In this document: one piece after another, positions 1 to 10,241 of the stretch
Layout: each line of letters starts with the position of its first letter
Numbering within the stretch: the first letter of the stretch is position 1
Assembly (NCBI GenBank): GCA_024655945.1
Contig: JANLFK010000007.1
Span: forward strand, 133,123-197,122
DNA length: 64,000 nucleotides
Source: Candidatus Zhuqueibacterota bacterium
Lineage (GTDB): Bacteria > Zhuqueibacterota > Zhuqueibacteria > JANLFK01 > Oleimicrobiaceae
Direction of reading: 5' to 3'
Position numbers and translations under genes: made by a program
The notes under the pieces: model-generated
The model's input: the letters and a program-made list of their open reading frames with translations, nothing else
The model's database searches: none
Told to the model about the DNA's origin: nothing

Positions 1-258
1 ATGGCTCAGCTGCGGGCGTGGACCGGTAGGGAGGTGATTACTTTTGCCTATCCTTTGGGGGACGCCTCCTCCTTCGACGAACGGGTGAGAAACATGCTGG
101 CAGAGGCTGGCATTCGCTTCGCCGTCACCACGCTGAAAGGGGCAAACACCCCAGCCCAGGACCCCCTGCTCCTCCGCCGCACCCTGATCGACGGCGCAGA
201 CGACTTTTGCACGTTCGTATGCAAAGTCGTGGGGCTTTTTGACGGTTACCACCGCTGA
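1..258 (+). CDS. C-terminal fragment of a polysaccharide deacetylase-family protein (5' end lies outside the window)
   Basis: Reading frame is open from nt 1. The FAYPLGD...RRTLIDG motif layout resembles the C-terminal region of NodB/PgaB-type deacetylases. The ATG at 1 is probably internal. Confidence 0.4.
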   Translation: MAQLRAWTGREVITFAYPLGDASSFDERVRNMLAEAGIRFAVTTLKGANTPAQDPLLLRRTLIDGADDFCTFVCKVVGLFDGYHR

Positions 259-327
259 GGCGCGGCTCGGCACCACGGCGCACAGGGAAGTACTACGCTG
301 CACATAGAAAAAAAAGGGCGTTGAGGT

Positions 328-735
328 ATGAGTTGGTCGAGAAAACGTTTGGTCCTGGGGGGCTTTATCGCAGGCTTTACCAGCTGTGCTGTGTTGCTTT
401 TGGTGTTGGCCAGTCTTGCCTGGCAATACCGCTCTCGCCTCGCGTCGCGCTTTGCCCAGCCCTATGCGGCGCACCTGGTGGCGCAGGTCTTTCGCGCCGT
501 GCCCGATGGCTACGTCACCAAGAATAGGGAGCGCGTCCTCGAGGTGCTTGACGCGTTCACCAATGCCGTGGCGCGCCGCCAAGTGAGCGAAGCCCAGATG
601 CGCCGCGTCGCTTCGCTGGTGCTTGCCGCCCTGGCGGACGGCGCATTCAGCTACCAGGAGCTGGACCAGCTCCTGGAGGCCATGCAGCAGTCCGTTCCGG
701 CGCTGCAGGCTGGGGGTCGTGAGGAGGGACGATGA
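328..735 (+). CDS. hypothetical membrane protein (one N-terminal TM helix)
   Basis: 135-aa ORF with a hydrophobic N-terminus. No recognizable domain. Its stop overlaps the next start as ATGA. Confidence 0.4.
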   Translation: MSWSRKRLVLGGFIAGFTSCAVLLLVLASLAWQYRSRLASRFAQPYAAHLVAQVFRAVPDGYVTKNRERVLEVLDAFTNAVARRQVSEAQMRRVASLVLAALADGAFSYQELDQLLEAMQQSVPALQAGGREEGR

Positions 736-1043
736 AGAGCACGGCGCTGGCTGCTGGGTCATTCGTTCTGGGGGCAATATGCGGCGTGCTCGGCGCGATG
801 ACCTTGCGCCATGAGCTTTGGCCTTTGGCCGACCGTGTGGGCATTCTCCGCCTTTACGCGGGCGTCGGATTGGCGCTGTTGGTGCTGTTCGTGGGCTGGT
901 ACCTGCGCCTGCAACGCAGGTTCTCTCGCGCTCTCGATCCGCACACCGCTCAACTGTTCTTCTCTGCAGCCAATTTCTTCCTCGTGGCGCTCCTGCTGGG
1001 TGGTGCCTTCGCCTTGGGGTTGTTCTTCGTGGTTGCCCACTGA
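732..1043 (+). CDS. hypothetical membrane protein (3-4 TM helices)
   Basis: 103-aa ORF, hydrophobic throughout, translationally coupled (ATGA) to the upstream ORF. Confidence 0.4.
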   Translation: MKSTALAAGSFVLGAICGVLGAMTLRHELWPLADRVGILRLYAGVGLALLVLFVGWYLRLQRRFSRALDPHTAQLFFSAANFFLVALLLGGAFALGLFFVVAH

Positions 1044-1108
1044 GGTGGGGGCAGTTCCCCGTCGCTCGTCGACTGTTCAGGTTACGTAACTGTCATATTT
1101 TTGCCCGG

Positions 1109-1123
1109 TGGCATAGCCTTTGC
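1109..1123 (+). promoter_or_regulatory. candidate sigma-54 (-24/-12) promoter upstream of the giant adhesin gene
   Basis: TGGCAT-agcct-TTGC shows the canonical GG-N10-GC spacing, ~170 nt upstream of the adhesin start. A 10-bp perfect palindrome GTTACGTAAC lies at 1081-1090. Confidence 0.3.
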
Positions 1124-1292
1124 CCAAAGGGAAGCGAACGCGCCGGAAGCACCGGCGTAGCGCCCAGCTAACGTTAAGCAAAATCAAGTTGCTGAGAGGG
1201 GGCGTGACGCGCCGGAGCTGTCTTTGCAGTGAGATGGTGTCTTTGCGTGAAACACCCACGCTCGGGGTTGTGGAACTGTGGAGGGTACAAGG

Positions 1293-4200
1293 ATGATGCT
1301 CAAGACACATGTGGTGCGGTGGGGGATGGTAGCGGTCCTCTTGGCGGTGGTGGCCGGCTTTGGTGCGGCGCAGACCATGGTTGACAATTTCAACCGGACG
1401 CAGCTTGGGTCGAATTGGACCGCCGATCCGGTCTACCAGATTGTCAACAATGAGTTGGCCAATACCAGCACAGTCTATCAATGGCCCGGGTATCTGGCGG
1501 TGTTCAACGCCATGACCGGGCCCACCACGGTCTCTTTCAAGTGGGGCACTACTGCCGACACCATTGGTACGCGGGAGGGAGCCCTTGCGGTCATGCTGGA
1601 CGCCAACAGCGTGAATGCCAACGGGTACATGATCTGGCATCACAGCACCAACAAGAGGATTTACCTGTACACGATTGCCAATGGGGCCCCCGGGGTGAAA
1701 GTGGACGACAAGGCCCCCTATCTGCCTGCTCCCAAGGCCGGCCAGGTCATGAGGGTGGTGATCACCTCCGATGCCGCTGGCTATCGGTTCGACCTGTACA
1801 TCAACGACCAGCTTGACGGCACGCTCACTGACCCGTTGAAGCGTGCTGGCAGCCTCAATGGGTATGCGGGCGTCATACTGAAGGGTAACCTCAATAACAA
1901 CATCGACGATTTCACCGTGTCCAAGGCCGGCGGCGGTGCTGAGACGCGCGACGACTTTAACCGCGCCGACGGTCCCCCGGGCGCGAACTGGAGTGCCGAC
2001 CCCGTCTACCAGATTGCCAGCAACGAGCTGGCCAACACCAACACCAACTACGTGTGGGGCGACCTTGCTATCTTCACCGCGCATCCGGGGCCGAATATGG
2101 TGCAATACACCTGGGGCGTGGGCGCGAACGCAGCCGGCATTCGCGAAGGCGCCTTTGCGGTGATGCTGGATAACGATAACCCTGATTCGGCGAACGGCTA
2201 CATGGTGTGGCACGCGGGCACCCGCCTCTATCTCTGGACGATTGAAGGAGGTGTGCCCAAGACACCCATCGTGAACATTGCCGCGGCACTGGCAGCTCCC
2301 ACGGCGGGTCAGACCGTTAAGGTGCTGATCACCGAGAATGCCAACGGCTACCATTTTGACTACTACGTGGACGACCAGTTCGACGGCCGTGTGTCTGATC
2401 CGTTGAAACGCGTGGGGAGCATCAACGGCTACGCGGGTGTCATGCTCAGAGGCGGAGTTGACCTCAACAACAACATCGACGACTTTGTTGCCGCCACCGT
2501 GGTGGACAACACGCCACCAGCAGCGGTGACCAATCTCGCGGTCAGCGCTACCACTGCCAGCTCTGTGACCCTGACCTGGACGGCCTCCGGCGATGACGGC
2601 ACGGTAGGCACGGCCGCCTCCTACGACCTGCGCAGGTCCACTTCGCCCATTACCGCCGCCAACTTTGACGCGGCCACCCCGGTCACCGGCCTGGGTACGC
2701 CTAAGGCCTCCGGCAGTGCGGAGACGTTCACCGTCACCGGTTTAAACTCGGCGACTACGTACTACTTTGCTCTTAAGGTGATCGACGATGCCGGCAACAA
2801 GAGCGACATCTCCAACGTGGTAACGGCCACCACGCAGAGCCCGGTGCGCTACGCCACCTACTGGGACACTTTCGAGCGCACGCAACTGGGTGACGATTGG
2901 GCGGCAGATCCGGAGTATGTGATTGAGAACGGGGAGCTGAAGAACAGCGTGACCACGGGCACCGCTGCCTGGGGCTATGCGGCGGTGTTCACAAAGTTCC
3001 CCAAGCCGCGTGCGGCGATGATCGTATGGAGCGAAACGGCGACCACTGCCGGTATTGGCCAGGGTGCCCTCTGTGCGATTATGGACCAGCCGAATCCCAA
3101 TGCCAATGGCTACATGATCTTCCACATTGACACCAGGCTCTTTCTCTACACGCTCAACGCGGGCAACCCCGGCGTGCAGGTGCAGTTGCTGACAAATGTG
3201 GCCACGCAACCGGCGGCAAGGGACACCTTCAAGGTGGTGTTCAGCACGGATGCCACCGGACACCACTTTGACGTCTACAAGAATAGCACCTTTGTGGGGC
3301 GCCTCAATGATGCTTCGCGCCTGATCAATCCGGCCACCTGGTATGTGGGTGCCTACCTCAAGGGCGGCGCCGGGTACGGCGGTGCCAACAACATCGAGGC
3401 CTTCGGTGTGGAATTGCAGGCCACCGAACCCACCAGGGTGGAGTACTGGTCGGGCGATGCGCAGACTGGGCGCATCGGCGAGGCTTTGCCGCAGCCCCTC
3501 AAGGTGCTCGTCACCGATGCCAACAACGTGCCGGTGCCGGGTGTGTACGTCGACTTTGCCGTCACCAGTGGGGTGGCAAGCTTGAGCACCGATATCACTT
3601 CCTTCGACGGCAACATCTGGCTAGAAGCGGAGAGCGGCATGGTGGAAACGCCCATGGTGCGCATCGCCGATGCAGACGCTGCGGGCAGCATGTGCGTGGG
3701 CGTGCCGACGCTCAACACTACCAATGACACGGGCAAGGTGGAGATTCACTTTTTCGTGCCGCAAACCGGCAACTACTACCTCTGGGTGCGCTACAAGGCC
3801 CCGGACAACCTGTCCAACTCCTTCTACGTGAAGAAGGACAAGGGGGCGTACGCCCTGGTGAACCTCACCGTGTCCACCACCTGGGCTTGGTCCAAGTACG
3901 CAACGGCGTTCAACTTTACCAAGGGTGGACACAGCATCACCCTGAAGAATGCCGAGGACGGGACGCTCATCGATAAAGTTCTCTTGACCACCTCGACGAC
4001 TTACACGCCCTCTGGTCAGGGGAGCTTGGCGACCACGTACTCAGACAAACTCACTGACGGCGACGGCCTGGCTTCGGCCATCTGCACGCTGGGGCTGCAG
4101 GTGGGCACGGTCACGGTGGAGGCGCGCGCCTACTATCGTGGGGACCAGCTCACAGGGAGCCCTGTAGTCTTTACCGAGTCGGCGGTAGGCGGCGAGGCGA

Positions 4201-7200
4201 GCCGCTTGGTGTATGTCTCAGGTGATAGCGTCTTCGGCCAGGCGGGGCAACGATTGCCGCAGCCGTTCGTGGTCAAGGTAACTGATGCCTTTGGCAACGG
4301 CGTGCCGAACGTCGCGGTCACCTTCTCCATCCTGGAAGGCGGCGGTACGCTGTCGAACGCGCAGCCTGTAATGACTGACAACAGCGGCCAGGCATCCACC
4401 TACCTGACCTTGGGCTTTGGCTCCTACCTGCAGCGGGTGCAGGCCAGTGCGCCCGGACTGGAGGGGTCGCCCATCATCTTCCGCGCCTATGCCACGGGCC
4501 TGAACCTGGCAATGTCCAAGGTGAGTGGCGACGGACAGTCCGGAACGGTGGGCACCGTGTTACCCCAGCCCTTGGTGGTCAGGGTGGCGCACGTGACCTC
4601 AGGCGATCCGGTGGCAGGCTTCCCGGTGACCTTTGTAGTAACGGCAGGGGGCGGGGAGCTTGATGGGAGCGCGACCACGAAGGTGGTGACGACCAATGCG
4701 GAGGGCCGGGCCTCGGTGACATGGACGCTGGGTGATGCCGCCGGTACCAATACCTGCGAAGCCAGGGCTACCGGCGTGGGCGGTTCACCCTTGGTGTTCA
4801 CGGCGACTGGCCAGCCCGGCCCGCCGACCACATTCACCAAGATCTCGCCATTGGAGACAGTGAGCGGGCCGGTGGGCATGCCCCTGGATGAGCCTTTCCG
4901 CGTGCGCGTCACTGATGCCAAGGGGAATGGCATCCCTGGACACCAAGTCCGTTTTGTGCGCACCATGGGTAGCGGCACCATGGACGGCATGACCGAGCGC
5001 AATGTGGCCACCGACGCGCAAGGGTATGCCCAGGTGATCTACGTGATGGGCAGCGCCCTCGGCGAGACGAACCGCGTGGAGGCCTCCGCGCAATACCAGG
5101 GCGCGCACTTGGCGGGCTCGCCGGTGGTCTTTACCGCCATTAGCACCGAAGGGGTGGCGCATCAGCTGGCCAAGGTCTCTGGCGACGGCCAGAGCGGAAC
5201 AGTGGGCACGGTGCTACCTGCGCCGTTTGTGGTGCGGGTCACCGACATCCTGGGTAACCCGATCGCTAACCATCCGGTGCGCTTTGCGGTCATCGGCGGT
5301 GGCGGCAACATCGGTGGGCAGACCTCTGTGGAGGTGCCAACGAACGCCGAGGGGTTGGCGTCGGTCACGCTCACTCTTGGGCAGGTTGCAGGTCGCGAGG
5401 TGCACGTGGTAGAGGTGACCTCGCAGCGGAACCAGGTGCCCTTGCAGGGCTCGCCCAAGTACTTCAAGGCCTCGGCTACCCCAGGCACGCCCTCGCAGCT
5501 CGTCTACGTGTCTGGCAACTACCAGAGCGCTGCCGTGGGCACCACTTTGAACGACCCGCTGAAGGTGAAGGTGGCCGATGCCTACGGCAACGGCATCAGG
5601 GGACATCTGGTCACCTTTAAGGTCATCTCTGGAGGCGGCAGTTTTGCCGGCATTCCGGAGCAGAACGCGTACACGGACAGCTTCGGCGTCGCCATGGCGT
5701 TCTTGACCCTGGGGACGCAGCCTGGGCAGAACAACAACGTGGTCGAAGTGTCGGCCAAGCAGAGTGGCGTCCACCTGGACGGCTCGCCGTTCACCTTCTA
5801 CGCGACTGCCTCTCCGGGCATTGCCGCTGCGCTGCAGTACGTGTCCGGGCGCAACCAGTCGGCCGAGGTAGGCACCGTACTCCCGCAGCCGCTGGTGGTG
5901 AAGGTCGTGGACAGCTTCGGCAACGCAGTGGTCGGGCACAATGTCACCTTCTCGGTGATCGAGGGTGGGGGTACTCTTGCGGGACAGACGCAGAGGAACG
6001 TGCTCACGCTCTCCGATGGCACGGCACGGGTGGTCTACACCTTAGGCACGGTCGCCGGGACGCTGAACAATCTGGTGCGCGCCAGCGTGCCAGGGCTATC
6101 CGGCTCGCCGGTCGATTTCTACGCCACTGCGCTCCCGGGCCCGCCCGCGGCGCTGATGGAGGTTTCCGGAAACGGGCAGACCGGCGCGGTAGGTACGCCG
6201 TTGCCGCAGCCGTTCAAGACAAAGGTTGTAGACAACTATCAGAACCCGATCAACGGTCACATCGTCACCTTCAGGGTGTTGAGCGGTGGTGGGAACCTGG
6301 CCGGGGCCAGTCGTCGCGATGTGTTCACCGACACGCAGGGCATCGCGCAAGTGACGCTGACGTTGGGCGCCACCCCAGGGGTGAACAACAACGTGGTCGA
6401 GGCGACCAGTGTTGCTCGCGACAGCACGCCTCTGCCTGGCTCGGGCGTCCGCTTCATCGCCTCGGCCACGGTGGGAGCGCCCAATAAGCTGGTGATAGTC
6501 AGTGGCAACAACCAGGAAGGCATCGTGGGCAACCCGCTGCCGCAGATGCTCACCGTCAAGGCAACCGACTCGCAGAACAACCCCATCGTCGGCCACTCGG
6601 TGACGTTCAGGGTGATGGCCGGCGGCGGCACGTTGGACGGCCCCACGGACACGTTGCGGGTGGTACAGACCGACGTCGAGGGCAAGGCGGCAGTGTTCCT
6701 CATCCTGGGCCCGGTTGCCGGGCAGAACAACAACGTCGTGCATGCCATCGCCACCTACGGCGGCAGCCAGTTGTCTGGTTCGCCGGCGGTCTTTGTCGCC
6801 TCGGCGCGAAGCAGCAACGCCACTGCCATCGAGAAGGTCTCGGGCGATGGCCAGTCAGCGGCTGCGGGCTCGACCCTGGCGCAGCCCATCCGCGTGCGGG
6901 CCCGCGACAGGAACCAAAACCCGGTTGCAGGCCACCCAGTGACCTTCAGGGTGGTGACAGGCGGCGGTGTGTTGAACGAGGTGGGCAACATCGTGGTGGT
7001 CAATACAGGCAGCGACGGTATTGCCGAGGTCACCTGGAAGTTGGGCACGGTGGCGGGCACGAATAACAACACGCTTGAAGCGACGGCAACAGATGGCGTG
7101 AACCCGCTGGCCGGCTCCCCGTTGCTGTTCACCGCATCGGCTTTTGCCGGCCCGCCCAGCGCCCAGGCCTCCACCATCACGGCCACTTCTCCCATTCCCG

Positions 7201-9806
7201 CGGATGGTGTGAGCAAGTCGCCCATCACCGTCAGGTTGCGCGACCAGTACAACAACCCGGTGCCTAACGCAGCCGTGATCATCAACGCCACGGGAACCAA
7301 CAATATCATCACGCAGCCGATGAGCCTCACCGACCCCAATGGCGAGACCCAGGGCTATCTTGCTTCGACGAAGGCGGAGGTGAAGGTAGTGAGCGCCCGC
7401 GCCGTGACCCATGGCGTTGACCTGCTGGCTACCGCCCAGGTGCGCTTCACGGCGCTGGCCGCCGCGCGCATCGCCGAGTTCGGTGGCAATGGCCAGATCG
7501 GCAACATCGGCACCGTGCTTGCCAATCCGCTGCAGGTGCGAGTGACTGACCGCAATGATAACGGCATCGTTGGCTATGCGGTGCAGTTTGCGGTGACCGC
7601 CGGCGGTGGCAGCATTGTCGAGCCGCAGCCGGTATATACCGACAGTAACGGTGTGGCACAGGCCCATTGGATCTTGGGGCGGACCGCCGGCTACAACCGC
7701 GTCGAGGCACGCGCCCCAGGTCTTAGCGGCTCGCCAGTGAGCTTTACTGCCTTCGGCCTGGAGCCGACGCCAGCGGCGATTGCCATCCACTCCGGCAATG
7801 AGCAGACCGGCATAGCCGGGCGGCTGTTGCCGCAACCGCTGGTGGTAAAGGTGACCGATGCCGCGGGCGTGGGGGTCTTTGGTCGCGCCGTGAGGTTTGA
7901 TGTCATCCTGGGCGACGGGGCCCTGGTCACCCCTGCAGTGGACACCACCGATGCCTATGGCTTGGCGGAGACCTATCTGACCCTCTCGCGAAGCTCCGGA
8001 TTGAACCTGGTGCGCGCGACTTGTCAGGGTCTGACCGCCACGGTCACCTTCACGGCCTACGCCGGGTCGGACGTAGCTACTAAATTGGAAATCTACTCTG
8101 GTGACAAGCAGGAGTACGTGGTGGGTCGGACGTTGCCGCTGCCGCTGGTGGCAAGGGCGTTGGACAAGAACAACAATCCCGTCTCCGGGGTGCCCGTCAC
8201 CTTTACGGGAATTCAGGGCAATGGCACCCTGCCCAGCGACAACACGCGGCTGACCGACAACGAGGGAAAGGCCAGCATCCCGTTCACTCTGGGCACCGCC
8301 GCGGGTACCTACCTGGTTCGCGCAGCGGCTCTGGGCTTGACCCCCGTCGTCTTCACGGAGACCGGCTTGCCGGATGTGCCCGCGAATCTGATCTACGTCA
8401 GTGGCAACGGCCAGACCGGTAGCGTCGGGCGGGAGACGGTCTTCCCGTTGCAAGTGCGTGTGACCGACCAGTACGGGAACCCCGTGCCCAACTCCTCGGT
8501 CACCTACGTGGTAATCCAGGGTGGCGGCAGCATTGTCGAGCCGCAGCCGGTCTACACCAATGGCAGTGGCATTGCTTCGGCGCGCTGGCGGCTCGGCCCG
8601 ACGGTGGGTGAGAATAAGTGCCTGGCCTACAAGCAGGGCTGCCTCGGCTCGCCCATTGAGTTCACTGCCGTGGCAGTGGAGAATGCCTTCCCGCAGCTCG
8701 TGTTGCCGTCGGGCATCACGGTGCAGGAGACGCAGCGGGTGCGCTTCACGGTGGTAGCGACCGACGCCGACGGCGACCCCCTCACCTATCACGCGCGCAA
8801 GCTGCCCGCAGGCGCCACCTTCGACTCCTTGGGCACGCGGGTGTTCGACTGGACGCCCAACTATGCGCAGGCTGGGGTCTACTACCCGGTCTTCATCGCG
8901 CGCGACAACAAGGGCGGCATCGGCATCGACTCGGTGCGTATCGAGGTGCTAAACTTTAACCGTCCGCCGCACATCGTCGGCTACTCGCCGGTGTTCGACC
9001 AGATCACCATCGTGCAGCCGGATTCGGTCACCTTTGTGGTGGAGGCGGCTGACTTGGACGGCGACTCGCTGCGGTACGAATGGACCGTGGCCGGCATCAT
9101 CACTTCCACCGCGAGCACCTTCGTGCTCAGGTCGACGCTGTTCTCCATCGGCAACTATGACGTCAAGGTGAAGGTGAGCGATGGGTATGACACCATCGAG
9201 CGGACGTGGCACGTGCGCATCACCTCGACGGCCGTGGAGCTGGAGAGCTTTGCGGCGCGGGCCGTTCCCTACGAAGGGGTGGTCATCGAGTGGAAGACCG
9301 GGTTCGAGGCAAACAACGTGGGCTTCCACATCCTGCGGAGCTGCGCGCGGCAGAGCGGCTATGTGCCCGTGAACAGCGAGCTCATCCTCAGCAGGGATGA
9401 CCGCACCTACACGTTCGTGGACAAGACCGCCAACGAGGGAGGCGCGTACTACTACAAGCTCGTCGATGTCGACCGGAATGGGACGCGTACGGAACATGGC
9501 CCGATTGCCGTGCTCGCACCGGTGCCGGCCAAGTATGCGTTGTCCCAGAACTACCCGAACCCGTTCAACCCGGTGACGACCATCCGCTACGAGCTGCCTG
9601 CCGCCGGCCGGGTGACCGTGAAGATCTACAACATCTACGGCCAGCTGGTGCGCACCCTGGTCGACGAGCAGGTGGCCGCAGGCTACCACACGCTGCTGTG
9701 GGATGGGCGCGACGAGGACGGCCAGGCGGTCTCCTCCGGGGTGTACTACTACCGCATGGTCTCTGGCACCTTCGTGGAGACCAGGAAGATGGCACTGCTG
9801 CGGTGA
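1293..9806 (+). CDS. giant (~2840 aa) secreted cell-surface adhesin with a T9SS C-terminal sorting domain
   Basis: Signal peptide MMLKTHVVRWGMVAVLLAVVAGFGAAQ. A GGAGGG SD sits 6 nt before the ATG at 1293 (the ORF track starts at GTG 1278). Three ~190-aa N-terminal repeats (F[ND]R..LG..W.ADP.Y.I.N.ELAN) lie at ~1380-1940, 1944-2500 and 2860-3420, with an FN3 domain (~2514-2840) between repeats 2 and 3. A beta-sandwich/CBM-like module follows (~3620-4010). About 15 Big-type Ig repeats (motif [VY]SG[DN].Q.G.VG..LPQP[LF].V.V.D..GNP) span ~3430-8680. Cadherin-like/He_PIG modules (~8690-9230) and a C-terminal NYPNPFNP...YYYR T9SS sorting domain complete the protein. No in-frame stops over 8.5 kb. 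Confidence 0.9.
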   Translation: MMLKTHVVRWGMVAVLLAVVAGFGAAQTMVDNFNRTQLGSNWTADPVYQIVNNELANTSTVYQWPGYLAVFNAMTGPTTVSFKWGTTADTIGTREGALAVMLDANSVNANGYMIWHHSTNKRIYLYTIANGAPGVKVDDKAPYLPAPKAGQVMRVVITSDAAGYRFDLYINDQLDGTLTDPLKRAGSLNGYAGVILKGNLNNNIDDFTVSKAGGGAETRDDFNRADGPPGANWSADPVYQIASNELANTNTNYVWGDLAIFTAHPGPNMVQYTWGVGANAAGIREGAFAVMLDNDNPDSANGYMVWHAGTRLYLWTIEGGVPKTPIVNIAAALAAPTAGQTVKVLITENANGYHFDYYVDDQFDGRVSDPLKRVGSINGYAGVMLRGGVDLNNNIDDFVAATVVDNTPPAAVTNLAVSATTASSVTLTWTASGDDGTVGTAASYDLRRSTSPITAANFDAATPVTGLGTPKASGSAETFTVTGLNSATTYYFALKVIDDAGNKSDISNVVTATTQSPVRYATYWDTFERTQLGDDWAADPEYVIENGELKNSVTTGTAAWGYAAVFTKFPKPRAAMIVWSETATTAGIGQGALCAIMDQPNPNANGYMIFHIDTRLFLYTLNAGNPGVQVQLLTNVATQPAARDTFKVVFSTDATGHHFDVYKNSTFVGRLNDASRLINPATWYVGAYLKGGAGYGGANNIEAFGVELQATEPTRVEYWSGDAQTGRIGEALPQPLKVLVTDANNVPVPGVYVDFAVTSGVASLSTDITSFDGNIWLEAESGMVETPMVRIADADAAGSMCVGVPTLNTTNDTGKVEIHFFVPQTGNYYLWVRYKAPDNLSNSFYVKKDKGAYALVNLTVSTTWAWSKYATAFNFTKGGHSITLKNAEDGTLIDKVLLTTSTTYTPSGQGSLATTYSDKLTDGDGLASAICTLGLQVGTVTVEARAYYRGDQLTGSPVVFTESAVGGEASRLVYVSGDSVFGQAGQRLPQPFVVKVTDAFGNGVPNVAVTFSILEGGGTLSNAQPVMTDNSGQASTYLTLGFGSYLQRVQASAPGLEGSPIIFRAYATGLNLAMSKVSGDGQSGTVGTVLPQPLVVRVAHVTSGDPVAGFPVTFVVTAGGGELDGSATTKVVTTNAEGRASVTWTLGDAAGTNTCEARATGVGGSPLVFTATGQPGPPTTFTKISPLETVSGPVGMPLDEPFRVRVTDAKGNGIPGHQVRFVRTMGSGTMDGMTERNVATDAQGYAQVIYVMGSALGETNRVEASAQYQGAHLAGSPVVFTAISTEGVAHQLAKVSGDGQSGTVGTVLPAPFVVRVTDILGNPIANHPVRFAVIGGGGNIGGQTSVEVPTNAEGLASVTLTLGQVAGREVHVVEVTSQRNQVPLQGSPKYFKASATPGTPSQLVYVSGNYQSAAVGTTLNDPLKVKVADAYGNGIRGHLVTFKVISGGGSFAGIPEQNAYTDSFGVAMAFLTLGTQPGQNNNVVEVSAKQSGVHLDGSPFTFYATASPGIAAALQYVSGRNQSAEVGTVLPQPLVVKVVDSFGNAVVGHNVTFSVIEGGGTLAGQTQRNVLTLSDGTARVVYTLGTVAGTLNNLVRASVPGLSGSPVDFYATALPGPPAALMEVSGNGQTGAVGTPLPQPFKTKVVDNYQNPINGHIVTFRVLSGGGNLAGASRRDVFTDTQGIAQVTLTLGATPGVNNNVVEATSVARDSTPLPGSGVRFIASATVGAPNKLVIVSGNNQEGIVGNPLPQMLTVKATDSQNNPIVGHSVTFRVMAGGGTLDGPTDTLRVVQTDVEGKAAVFLILGPVAGQNNNVVHAIATYGGSQLSGSPAVFVASARSSNATAIEKVSGDGQSAAAGSTLAQPIRVRARDRNQNPVAGHPVTFRVVTGGGVLNEVGNIVVVNTGSDGIAEVTWKLGTVAGTNNNTLEATATDGVNPLAGSPLLFTASAFAGPPSAQASTITATSPIPADGVSKSPITVRLRDQYNNPVPNAAVIINATGTNNIITQPMSLTDPNGETQGYLASTKAEVKVVSARAVTHGVDLLATAQVRFTALAAARIAEFGGNGQIGNIGTVLANPLQVRVTDRNDNGIVGYAVQFAVTAGGGSIVEPQPVYTDSNGVAQAHWILGRTAGYNRVEARAPGLSGSPVSFTAFGLEPTPAAIAIHSGNEQTGIAGRLLPQPLVVKVTDAAGVGVFGRAVRFDVILGDGALVTPAVDTTDAYGLAETYLTLSRSSGLNLVRATCQGLTATVTFTAYAGSDVATKLEIYSGDKQEYVVGRTLPLPLVARALDKNNNPVSGVPVTFTGIQGNGTLPSDNTRLTDNEGKASIPFTLGTAAGTYLVRAAALGLTPVVFTETGLPDVPANLIYVSGNGQTGSVGRETVFPLQVRVTDQYGNPVPNSSVTYVVIQGGGSIVEPQPVYTNGSGIASARWRLGPTVGENKCLAYKQGCLGSPIEFTAVAVENAFPQLVLPSGITVQETQRVRFTVVATDADGDPLTYHARKLPAGATFDSLGTRVFDWTPNYAQAGVYYPVFIARDNKGGIGIDSVRIEVLNFNRPPHIVGYSPVFDQITIVQPDSVTFVVEAADLDGDSLRYEWTVAGIITSTASTFVLRSTLFSIGNYDVKVKVSDGYDTIERTWHVRITSTAVELESFAARAVPYEGVVIEWKTGFEANNVGFHILRSCARQSGYVPVNSELILSRDDRTYTFVDKTANEGGAYYYKLVDVDRNGTRTEHGPIAVLAPVPAKYALSQNYPNPFNPVTTIRYELPAAGRVTVKIYNIYGQLVRTLVDEQVAAGYHTLLWDGRDEDGQAVSSGVYYYRMVSGTFVETRKMALLR

Positions 9807-9905
9807 TGTCCTTCGATTGACGGTCTGAGACATTCTGGGGAACCAGGGCTTCCCTGAGCGACTGGATAAGCGTCTGCTGTCGCTTGCCCAGTTCCTTGTT
9901 CCCTC

Positions 9906-9950
9906 CGGGCCGGCACCAGGTCTGTTGGTGGTGCCGGCCTTTCCTTTTTT
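9906..9950 (+). terminator. rho-independent terminator after the adhesin gene
   Basis: GC-rich hairpin GGGCCGGCACCA-ggtctgt-TGGTGGTGCCGGCC followed by TTTCCTTTTTT. Confidence 0.55.
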
Positions 9951-10241
9951 GGCGGCACCGTCGCCGCGAGAGTCCGGTGCCGCAGCTTCACGCTGGCTTG
10001 TTCGCCTCTCCTCGGCCGTGGATGAGTCGCGCGCGCAGTCGCCTGGCAGTCACCGAGCGCGAGACTCCTGCCTGCCTTCATCCCCCTCAGCTGCTCTTGG
10101 CCCAACTCGTGTCGTGCTCGGCGCGACCGCGGGAGAAAGTAACAGGGGAAAGCCGCCGGGGCGCAAGAATGTGCTTGTTTTTGAGCGCCGGAATGATATA
10201 TTCGAGACGGCAGAACGGCCCAGGGATCGGAGAGGGAGGCA

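Noticed and set aside
1077-2354. Long antisense ORFs overlapping real genes. The same pattern appears at 6855-8792, 9749-10624, 10554-11663, 18293-19255, 21140-22426, 43352-45226, 46965-48389, 54451-55773, 57636-59054 and other sites.
   Set aside because: Typical high-GC artefacts: Arg/Pro/Gly/His-rich, no SD, no homology. They lie entirely inside well-supported genes on the opposite strand.
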